Below are positions 56,751-64,000 of a stretch of DNA of 64,000 bases, one piece after another (position 1 is the first letter of the stretch; every line of letters starts with the position of its first letter). Under the pieces are notes generated by a model. It saw only the letters and a program-made list of their open reading frames with translations. It did not search any database and was not told the DNA's origin. Source of the stretch: Labilithrix sp. (GTDB lineage Bacteria; Myxococcota_A; Polyangia; Polyangiales; Polyangiaceae); the NCBI GenBank assembly GCA_046351255.1, contig JAXLYU010000014.1, positions 251,730-315,729 of the forward strand, given 5' to 3'. The translations under genes and the position numbers were made by a program.

Positions 56751-57473
56751 CCCGAAGTAGACGAGGGCGTTCCCGAGCCTCATGCGCACGTCGTAGATCC
56801 CGCGCGTGCTCTTGCCGCGCCGGATGTAGGTGAACGCGAACGTGATGCGCTCTTCTCCTTCGCCGAGGGGCGTGACCCGGTGATAGGCGCGCGTCCCGCA
56901 GAAGAACGCGAACGTTCCCGGCACCGTATGGATGCTCTTTCGCAGCGGCTTCTCGCCCGGGCGATCGCGCTTCGTCTCGATCTCGAGGCGGCTCGAGCTG
57001 TCGTCGACGAGGCCGATGATGGTCGAGAACGAGTCGTCGGGCGGGCAGCCGCACTCGTCGTAGTGCCAGTCCATCCAGTCGCCCGGGCGCGTGTACGTGT
57101 AGAGCGCAGACTGATGTGCCTCGTCCGGATCGCGGTGCTCGAGCGGGACGCCCGTGACGCGCTCGAACATCGCCATGAGCGACGGCGAGCGATGCAGGGC
57201 GGTGAGCGCGGGCGCCTCGCGCGCGATGGCGGCATGATGGACGGCGCCCGCCTTACGCAGGAAGGGCACGCGCTTGCGCACGGCCCGCCTCGAGAGCGCG
57301 CGCGCCTCGGCGATCATCTCTCCGAGGAGCGGCTCGGGCAGGAGGCGCGGCAGGAGCACGACGCCGTCGTCGTCGCGGTACGCCCGGGCCATCGCGTCCT
57401 CGTCGAAGCTCTCGACGAGCTCGCGGATGATGTCCTCCCGGGGCCTCGCGACGCCGTCGAGCATTCCGGGCAT
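56730..57473 (-). CDS. Hypothetical protein, possibly a 2OG-Fe(II)/PhyH-like oxygenase fold
   Basis: H-x-D (WHYDE) and distal His (AYHRV) spaced as in cupin/2OG oxygenases. The assignment is weak. Confidence 0.45.
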   Translation of the reverse strand: MPGMLDGVARPREDIIRELVESFDEDAMARAYRDDDGVVLLPRLLPEPLLGEMIAEARALSRRAVRKRVPFLRKAGAVHHAAIAREAPALTALHRSPSLMAMFERVTGVPLEHRDPDEAHQSALYTYTRPGDWMDWHYDECGCPPDDSFSTIIGLVDDSSSRLEIETKRDRPGEKPLRKSIHTVPGTFAFFCGTRAYHRVTPLGEGEERITFAFTYIRRGKSTRGIYDVRMRLGNALVYFGLGHLFE

Positions 57474-57529
57474 TCTCGCACTCCCCGAGGGTTGATGCGG
57501 ACAAAGAGCTCGCGTACTCCCGTCTCGCG

Positions 57530-58738
57530 ATGCCCGATCTCGACACGGCCGCCTGGTACGCGCTCGGCGTTCCTGCGTACCTGCTCTACATCGGCGCCGA
57601 GGTCTTCATCGCGTGGCGCCGGCGCGAGCGAGAGAAGGTGTTCGGCTTCGCGGAGACGCTCTCGAACCTGACCGCGGGCTTCGGCACGCTCGTCATCGGG
57701 CTCTTCGTCGGGCCGTTCGTGCTGCGCGCATGGGACCTCGCGCACGATCATCTCGCCCCGGTGCGCTGGCCCACGCAGGGCGCGTGGCGCCTGCCCGCGG
57801 CGCTGATCCTCGCCGACTTCTGCTACTACGCGTACCACCGCGCCGGCCACCGCTTCGCGCTGTTCTGGTCCATTCACGGGATCCATCACCAGCACGAGTA
57901 CCTGAACTCGTCGGTCGGGTTTCGCCTCGAGTGGCTGGCGGATCCGTACGCCGCGCTCTTCTTCGGGCTCATGCCGCTCGCGGGCATCGACTCGACGACG
58001 GGCTTCGCCGCGCTGATGATTCTCTCGATCTACGCGCTGACCGCGCACACCACCGTGCTCGGTCGTCCGTCGTTCGGGTTCCTCGTCACCCCCGCGATCC
58101 ACGGCGCTCATCACTCGCGCGACGCGCGGTTCGCGGACAAGAACTTCGGGGCGATGCTCGGGATCTGGGATCGGCTGTTCGGCACGTGGCTCGAGCCTCG
58201 CGCGGGCGAGAGGCTCTGCGCGGACGTGCCGTCGATCGCGCGCACGCACGACGGCGTACGAACGCAGTGGGGCCTCGTCCGTGAGCTCGCGCGCGAGGTC
58301 GCGAGCGCCGGAGGCCTCCGCGCGAAGCTCCGCGTGCTCCTCTCTCCGCCCGTGGTGGCGGGCCCGCCCGCTCCGCTGCGCGAGGACGCGGAGATCGCGT
58401 GGAAGGCTCGCATCTACGTGCTCGTTCAGTTCGCGGGCATGGCGCTCCTCGGGACGTGGCTCTTGCTCGCGCCGGTCGCGCGCCCGCTCCACGTGCAGGT
58501 CGCGGCAGCGGTGACGGTCCTCGTCGGGCTCTCTGCGCTCGGAGGGCTGCTCGACGGACGAAGCGGCGCGCTCCGCTTCGAGCGGGCGCGCCTCGTCGCG
58601 CTCGCGGCGGCCGGCGGAGCGCTCGCGACCCACGAGCGCGTGTATCTCGCGCTCATCGCGCTCGCCGCCTTCGGGCTCGTGCATTCTCTCTCTCTCGAGA
58701 CGGCGGAGGCTCGGTCGGCCGGGCCGGCGGGGACGTGA
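57530..58738 (+). CDS. Fatty acid hydroxylase / sterol desaturase family membrane protein
   Basis: His boxes HRAGH, HGIHHQHE, HGAHH. Multiple TM helices. Extra C-terminal hydrophobic region. Confidence 0.8.
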   Translation: MPDLDTAAWYALGVPAYLLYIGAEVFIAWRRREREKVFGFAETLSNLTAGFGTLVIGLFVGPFVLRAWDLAHDHLAPVRWPTQGAWRLPAALILADFCYYAYHRAGHRFALFWSIHGIHHQHEYLNSSVGFRLEWLADPYAALFFGLMPLAGIDSTTGFAALMILSIYALTAHTTVLGRPSFGFLVTPAIHGAHHSRDARFADKNFGAMLGIWDRLFGTWLEPRAGERLCADVPSIARTHDGVRTQWGLVRELAREVASAGGLRAKLRVLLSPPVVAGPPAPLREDAEIAWKARIYVLVQFAGMALLGTWLLLAPVARPLHVQVAAAVTVLVGLSALGGLLDGRSGALRFERARLVALAAAGGALATHERVYLALIALAAFGLVHSLSLETAEARSAGPAGT

Positions 58739-59592
58739 GGCGACTCCTCTCCTGGCTCGTCTACCCGGGGCTCGTCGCGAGCGCGCTCGCGGCGGTTCAT
58801 GTCGCGATGGCGCGCGGGGTCCCGCCCGCCCTCGTCCTCGGCGGCGTGCAGGTCGTGTCGGTCGTGGTGATCGCGCTCCTCGAGCGCTGGATGCCGGAGC
58901 ATGCGTCGTGGAACGTCGCGCGCGGCGACGTGCGAACCGACGCGATCTATCTCGTGGTGTCGGGCCTGCTCGTCACGTCCTTGATCCGCGCGGCGGTCCT
59001 GGGCGGGCTCCCTTCGCTCGGGCTCTGGCCGACCCGCTGGCCGCTCGCGCTCCAGGTCTTCGCGGCGATCGCGATCGCCGACCTGCCGTCGTATCTCACC
59101 CACCTCGTCGATCACCGGGTCCCCTGGCTGTGGCCCATCCACGCGCCGCACCACTCGGCGCCACGGCTCTACTGGCTCAACGCGACCCGCATGCACCCGC
59201 TCGATCAGGGGAGCACGGTCGTCCTCTCGCTCCTGCCGCTCGCGCTCCTCGGGGCGCCTCCGGCGACGCTCGCGCTCTTCGACGCGTTCGCCATCGTCCA
59301 CCTCCTGCTCCAGCACTCCAACATCCGGCTGCGCCAGGGGCCGCTCAGCCTCGTGATCGCAACGGCGGAGTTTCACCGCTGGCATCACTCGAGGAAGCGC
59401 GAGGAGAGCGAGTGCAACTATGCGTCCTTCCTCTCCCTCTGGGATCTGCTCTTCCGCACCTTCCGGATGCCGGCGGGCGAGAGCGCGCCCGAGGAGGTCG
59501 GCCTCTACGAGGAGGCGCCTTTCCCGGACGGGTTTCTCGGGCAGCTCCGCGCTCCGTTCACGGCGTGGCACGCCCTCCTCCGCCGCCCGTGA
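58735..59592 (+). CDS. Fatty acid hydroxylase / sterol desaturase family membrane protein (tandem paralog)
   Basis: His boxes HLVDH, HAPHH, HRWHH. Likely GTG start overlapping the upstream stop (GTGA). Confidence 0.7.
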   Translation: MRRLLSWLVYPGLVASALAAVHVAMARGVPPALVLGGVQVVSVVVIALLERWMPEHASWNVARGDVRTDAIYLVVSGLLVTSLIRAAVLGGLPSLGLWPTRWPLALQVFAAIAIADLPSYLTHLVDHRVPWLWPIHAPHHSAPRLYWLNATRMHPLDQGSTVVLSLLPLALLGAPPATLALFDAFAIVHLLLQHSNIRLRQGPLSLVIATAEFHRWHHSRKREESECNYASFLSLWDLLFRTFRMPAGESAPEEVGLYEEAPFPDGFLGQLRAPFTAWHALLRRP

Positions 59593-59631
59593 TCGCGGCA
59601 GATCCTGCGCGGACGCGAGTCTTTTGCGCGT

Positions 59632-60102
59632 TCAGGGGCTCGGCCGGGAGGCCTCGTCGATCGTGCAATCGCGCGCGATGACGGGACCGTCGATGGCGCC
59701 TCGGCCCTCGACGCGGCAGGTCGTCGTGATGGTCATGCCCTCGGCGAGCCGGCCGGCGCGGACCCGCTGATCGGCGCGGACGTACGCCCTCACGTGCCCT
59801 CGTGCGAGGCCGAGGTAGGCGCCCGCCTCGTCGCTGCCAACGGACGCCACGTGTCCGAGGATCGTGGCTCGTTTTCCCTTGGTCTCGCTCGTGGCTTCGC
59901 TCTCCGCGAAGCGATACGAGAGCGCGAGCTCGCTGTCCGTCACGGTCGTGGGGAGCGGCTCTTCGTGCGTCCAGCGTATGGCGGCGGCGACGACGGCGCC
60001 CACGAGGAGACCGATCAGGAGGACACCAGCGGCGTTACGACCGAACCTCGTCGCCGAGGAGGACGGCGGCGGCGCCATCGGAAGCGGCTGCGAGCTTTGC
60101 AT
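59632..60102 (-). CDS. Membrane-anchored OB-fold-like hypothetical protein
   Basis: N-terminal TM helix. C-terminal domain resembling the tRNA_anti-like OB-fold family (...KGKRATILGHVASV...). Confidence 0.45.
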   Translation of the reverse strand: MQSSQPLPMAPPPSSSATRFGRNAAGVLLIGLLVGAVVAAAIRWTHEEPLPTTVTDSELALSYRFAESEATSETKGKRATILGHVASVGSDEAGAYLGLARGHVRAYVRADQRVRAGRLAEGMTITTTCRVEGRGAIDGPVIARDCTIDEASRPSP

Positions 60103-60134
60103 GCCGGGGATGCCAGCATCAATCGGGCCAACGC

Positions 60135-60929
60135 TCAGCGCGCGTGGCCGAAGATGCCGTCGGTGGCGCAGCTCACCGCGTGCCAGTCGAACGACAGCTT
60201 GCCGTGGCGGGTGGCGACGAGCGGCGACGTCATGAGACGCCGCAACGACTCCGCCAGGTCGGCCGCGGTCTCCGCGGCGCCGGGCCGGAGGATCACGATG
60301 AGGTCATGCGTGGAGTCGGCGAGCGACGTGAGCCTCATCTCGGGCGGCAGGTTGGCGAAGCTCGCAACCCGGGCGGTCGCCATGATGACGTGGCAGCCGT
60401 TCCCCGCGACCCACTCCGACACCTCGTGGCCTCCGTCCTCGGGCGCCGTCACCTCGATCACGTCGACGGGTCCGGCGCTCGACGGCGCGAGATCGAGCTC
60501 GGGCCCGCCGTCGAGCTTCGCGTGGAGGAACCCCGCCTCTGCGAGGACGCGCAGGCTGGCGAGCGCGAGGTCCGCGGGGAGCTTCGGCTCGAGCGCGAGC
60601 GCCGGCGCGCCCGTGAACGCGCGTCCGGGGTGGATCTTCGTCCAGTGCTCGCGGAGCGCGTCGAGATGCGCGCGCAGCATGTCCAGCCGCGCGAGCGTGA
60701 TCGGGCCCGTCGCCACGCTCTCGTCGTTCACCGTCAGGTTCGCGGCGCCGACGGCGATCGCCGGCGCGCGGAGCTTCGCGCCGACGTCCTCGCCGTGCGC
60801 CACTCGCGCGCGCTCGTCCTCGAGCTGCGACTCGGACGGGCGCGTCGACGAGGTGGGGGTCGTCCGGCACGCGAGGAGCGAGCAGATCGACGCGAGGACG
60901 ATGGCGCGTCGTGCGTTGAGCGTCTCCAT
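60135..60929 (-). CDS. Hypothetical lipoprotein
   Basis: Lipobox SLLACRT. 264 aa. No recognisable motif. Confidence 0.5.
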   Translation of the reverse strand: METLNARRAIVLASICSLLACRTTPTSSTRPSESQLEDERARVAHGEDVGAKLRAPAIAVGAANLTVNDESVATGPITLARLDMLRAHLDALREHWTKIHPGRAFTGAPALALEPKLPADLALASLRVLAEAGFLHAKLDGGPELDLAPSSAGPVDVIEVTAPEDGGHEVSEWVAGNGCHVIMATARVASFANLPPEMRLTSLADSTHDLIVILRPGAAETAADLAESLRRLMTSPLVATRHGKLSFDWHAVSCATDGIFGHAR

Positions 60930-60947
60930 GTGGCGGGACGCTATCAG

Positions 60948-62027
60948 CTATTGCGAGGCCGCGAAGCGCGGGAGCGAGGTCATGCCCCAGCGATGCTCGA
61001 GGATCGTGATCGGATGCAGGAGCGCGCCGCCGATCGGTACGCGATAGTGCCCTCGCACGGCGACGAACGCGCTGCGCCTGCGCTCGGTCGCGGGCGGCGC
61101 CGTGAACCGGAGATCGACGTGCCCCGCCGCGGGGACCTCTGCGCGCGTCTCCGGTCGCGCCTCGAGCGTCCGGGCCGGGATCTCGTCGCTCTCGGCCGCG
61201 AGCGAGATCGCATCGATCTCCCAGAATCCCGGCGCGGCCTCGAGGCGGAGCGTGATCGTGTCCCCATCGGCCGGGAGCTCGATCGGGAGGGGGAACCGTC
61301 GCCCGAGCGCCGGACTGATCGGGGCGACGGTGCTCGCCGAGCCGCGATCCACCGTCACCCGCAGCGGGAGCCCCAGCCGATCGAGCTCGTCCTCCATCAC
61401 CTCGCGGGCGCAGGCGGTCCCGCAGTCGGTCCGCACCGCGTGCTCCATCAAGGGCGAGACTCCGCGACCCATCGTGGCGAGGTACTCGAAGAAGGCGCGC
61501 TCCGCGAACGGCGTGCTGCGTCCGCCCAGGACGAGGAGCGCCCGGCGCGAGGCGGCGAGCGCGGCGGGTCGCTCGAGCTCCACGGTCCACGTCTCGGTGA
61601 GCCTCGCGCGATCGACGTCGTGCGCCTGCCTCCGCGGCGCGACGGCGTCACGCACCGCGACGAGCCGTCCGGCCGGGGTCGCGAGGACCTCGGACGCATC
61701 GTCGTGATCGACGATCAGGATCGCGACGTGCTCGATCAGATCCGTGGTGTCTTCGCCGTCGTTCGCGAGCCGGAGCCGATACTCGTCGTTCGTCGGCCGA
61801 AGCTCCGGGAGCGGCGCCACGTCGGTGCGCGCCGCCCACGGATAGAGCGCGCCGGCGAGCACGCTCGCGCCGAGGCGCGCGCCTCCGTCGCCGTCGATCA
61901 GGAGCACGCTCGGGCAAGTCCCCTTCGCCACCCGGCGCGATGGCACGAGGAGATTGACGAGATTGCAGGCGACCACCGCGGCCACGAGGCCCGCAGCGAT
62001 GCGCGAGCGTCTCGTCCAGCGCCTCAT
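60948..62027 (-). CDS. Hypothetical secreted/membrane-anchored protein
   Basis: Signal-anchor MRRWTRRSRIAAGLVAAVVAC. ATGA overlap with the upstream aminotransferase stop. Confidence 0.5.
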   Translation of the reverse strand: MRRWTRRSRIAAGLVAAVVACNLVNLLVPSRRVAKGTCPSVLLIDGDGGARLGASVLAGALYPWAARTDVAPLPELRPTNDEYRLRLANDGEDTTDLIEHVAILIVDHDDASEVLATPAGRLVAVRDAVAPRRQAHDVDRARLTETWTVELERPAALAASRRALLVLGGRSTPFAERAFFEYLATMGRGVSPLMEHAVRTDCGTACAREVMEDELDRLGLPLRVTVDRGSASTVAPISPALGRRFPLPIELPADGDTITLRLEAAPGFWEIDAISLAAESDEIPARTLEARPETRAEVPAAGHVDLRFTAPPATERRRSAFVAVRGHYRVPIGGALLHPITILEHRWGMTSLPRFAASQ

Positions 62028-63418
62028 GGCTCGTCGCGGGAGTCGTCGTGGAGGCCGAGCTGCCGCGAGAGGAGCCGTCCGCCCGCGCTCCGCACGAACG
62101 TGAAGAAGCCCTCGTTCTCGAGGAGCGTCTCGTGGAGCGCGTCGACGAACGCGTCGACCTCCTCCCGCTCGACGACGAGCACGGGCTCGATGCGAAGGAC
62201 GTTCTGATCGTGCGCCGGCACCTGCGTGAGGAACCCTCGCTCGAGCATCCGCTGCGCGACCCAGAACGCGTAGAGCTCGCGCGCGACGAGGTTCGGGAGC
62301 CCGAGCGTGAGCACGGTGAGGGCCCCTGCGGTCGGCGAGCCGCACTCGATGGCCCAGAGCAGCCCCTTGCCGCGAGCGTCCTTGACCATCGCGTGCTCAC
62401 GCGCGAGCGCGGTCAGGCGCCCGCCGAGGTGCTCGCCCGTCGCACGCACGCGAGCAAGGAGCGCGTCGTCGATCAGCTCGAGCGTCTTCCTCGCCACGAC
62501 GCACGCGAGCGCGCCGCCGCCGAACGTGTTCGCGACGAGCTCGCAGTCCTGCATGCCGCCGTAGGCGCGCCGCTGGAGCTCGGGGCTCGTCGAGTAGCCG
62601 CCGATCGGGACGAGGCCGCCGCTCAGCGCCTTCGCGTAGCAGAGGACGTCCGGCACCATGCCGAGCCACTCGAAGGCGAAGAGGGTCCCGGTCCGTCCGA
62701 GCCCCGTCTGCGCCTCGTCGAACACGAGCAGCGTGCCGTGCCTCCGGCAGAGGGCGTGGAGCTCGACGAAGTAGCTCGGATCGGTGAGCCGGACGCCGCC
62801 CTCGAACTGGATCGGCTCGACGATGAAGGCGGCGAAGCGGCCCGTCTTCAGCTTGGTCTCCGCCGCTCCCAGGTCGCCAAACGGGACGTGCTCGCGATCG
62901 GGCACGACGGGGAACGGTGCGCGCATCCGCGCCGAGCCCATGACCGAGAGCGCCCCGAGCGAGACACCGTGATAGCTCCGCTCGCAGTGGAGGACGCCGG
63001 GCCGGCGCGTGGCCGCGAGCGCGAGCTTCAGCGCGCCGTCGACCGCCTCGGAGCCGCTGCTCACGAAGTGCGCGCGCGAGAGCTGCGGCGGGAGCCGCGC
63101 CGCGAGCGCCTCCGCGAGGAGCCCTGCCTCGCGAGGTGGTGCGAGCTGGACGAAGGAGGGGAGGCAAGCACGGAGCGACTCCTCCGCCGCACGAACGAGC
63201 TCGGGATGGTTGTAGCCGAGCGGGACCGAGCCGCAGCCGGCGAGAAAGTCGACGTACGCTCTTCCCTCGGCGTCCCACATCCGCGAGCCGAGTGCGCGCG
63301 TGAAGACGCGACCGTATCCGAGGAGGTCGAGGACCTTGATCCACGCCGGGTTGATGTACCGCGCGTGACGATCGAACGCGCGAGCGGTCTCGCCCGCCTC
63401 GGTCGGCGCGGCGCTCAC
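62024..63418 (-). CDS. Class-III (omega) aminotransferase, PLP-dependent
   Basis: DEAQTGLGRTG and PLP-lysine context CYAKALSGG. Acetylornithine/GABA-aminotransferase family length and layout. Confidence 0.85.
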   Translation of the reverse strand: MSAAPTEAGETARAFDRHARYINPAWIKVLDLLGYGRVFTRALGSRMWDAEGRAYVDFLAGCGSVPLGYNHPELVRAAEESLRACLPSFVQLAPPREAGLLAEALAARLPPQLSRAHFVSSGSEAVDGALKLALAATRRPGVLHCERSYHGVSLGALSVMGSARMRAPFPVVPDREHVPFGDLGAAETKLKTGRFAAFIVEPIQFEGGVRLTDPSYFVELHALCRRHGTLLVFDEAQTGLGRTGTLFAFEWLGMVPDVLCYAKALSGGLVPIGGYSTSPELQRRAYGGMQDCELVANTFGGGALACVVARKTLELIDDALLARVRATGEHLGGRLTALAREHAMVKDARGKGLLWAIECGSPTAGALTVLTLGLPNLVARELYAFWVAQRMLERGFLTQVPAHDQNVLRIEPVLVVEREEVDAFVDALHETLLENEGFFTFVRSAGGRLLSRQLGLHDDSRDEP

Positions 63419-64000
63419 GCGAGGAGGGGCGCGGCGACGGGGAAGGGGCGCGAGCTCCGGTGGGCCTCGGCCTCCGCGAAGGCAGCGCGCACCGCGGGGA
63501 GCCTGCGCTCGGCGGCGGCGCGGCCAGCCGCGATGTCGCGCGCGCGACGCGCGGGCGAGAAGAAGCCCGCGAACGCGCTCCCGAGCGGAGCCTCCGGACG
63601 GATGGGCACGATCTCGAGGCGGCGGAGATCGATCTCGTCGGCGAGCGCCTCGGCGTCGACCTCCGGCGCGAGCACGGCGAGCCTCGTGATCAGCTTCGCG
63701 CGCCGATCGTTGGCCGACGCGGCGACCGCGAGGTCGCGGCTCAGGCGCTCGTTGATCATCGTCTCGACGAGGCGCGACGGGAGCGTCGGAATGGGGAAGA
63801 AGCGGAGCGTGCCGCGCTCGTCGGGGACGTTGGGCTCCGCCGAGACGACCACGATCGCGTTCGCGTTCGTGTCGCGATCGATGGCGTACGCGATCGGGGC
63901 GTTGTTCACGACGCCGCCGTCGACGTGCTGCGTCCGATCGGCGCCCATGCGCGGCGGGATGAAGAGGCCAGGGAACGCGGCGGACGTCGCCGCCACGCGC
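63415..64000 (-). CDS. Patatin-like phospholipase, C-terminal part (gene continues beyond the window end)
   Basis: Catalytic Asp motif DGGVVNNAPI. The ORF is open to the window edge. Confidence 0.65.
   Translation of the reverse strand, partial: RVAATSAAFPGLFIPPRMGADRTQHVDGGVVNNAPIAYAIDRDTNANAIVVVSAEPNVPDERGTLRFFPIPTLPSRLVETMINERLSRDLAVAASANDRRAKLITRLAVLAPEVDAEALADEIDLRRLEIVPIRPEAPLGSAFAGFFSPARRARDIAAGRAAAERRLPAVRAAFAEAEAHRSSRPFPVAAPLLA

Noticed and set aside
59802-62207. 801-aa plus-strand ORF over the 60-62 kb minus-strand genes
   Set aside because: R/E/D low-complexity product. Antisense to lipoprotein/hypothetical genes that have signal peptides and consistent codon usage.

Overview
This is a 64-kb, roughly 70% GC window that reads as an accessory region of a myxobacterium-like (Myxococcota) genome. 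The evidence for that is many lipobox lipoproteins, Ser/Thr kinases, a TIGR02996-type LRR protein, PT-linker S1 proteases and 4-nt start/stop overlaps. The coding content is as follows.

- **Regulation and envelope:** a PAS/GAF histidine kinase, an OmpA-family lipoprotein and an EamA transporter carrying an in-frame TAG.
- **Aromatic catabolism:** a translationally coupled boxA-boxB pair (benzoyl-CoA epoxidase).
- **Mobile DNA:** a complete IS66-family element (tnpA-tnpB-tnpC, 36-bp perfect terminal inverted repeats) nested in a 5'-truncated ISKra4-like transposase gene. Its right IR supplies the last four codons and the stop codon of a secreted S1 protease.
- **Signalling and secreted proteins:** an STK / beta-propeller / TPR module and a run of three alpha/beta-hydrolase genes plus a deoxynucleoside kinase. 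There is also a DUF4091 glycoside-hydrolase-like lipoprotein, a DegP-like protease with a small partner, and tag plus an APH-fold kinase.
- **Lipid-related genes:** two tandem 313-aa paralogs chained to pssA and an SDR, plus a pectate-lyase-like beta-helix lipoprotein.
- **Most interesting block (about 41.8-55.5 kb):** adenosine deaminase, a radical-SAM/SPASM peptide-maturase-like enzyme and a translationally coupled 133-aa zinc-ribbon / S-G-rich small protein.
  - Two paralogous S1 proteases with very Cys-rich C-terminal domains flank this trio.
  - A GldA/GldF/GldG-like ABC module plus DUF4340 sits beside the proteases.
  - Four tandem paralogous Cys-rich lipoproteins complete the block.
- **Remainder:** leucine dehydrogenase, two tandem fatty-acid-hydroxylase genes, a class-III aminotransferase and a partial patatin gene.

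No rRNA, tRNA or CRISPR array was found. Coordinates taken from the ORF track are exact. Coordinates read directly off the sequence lines (IRs, repeats, alternative starts) may be off by 1-2 nt.
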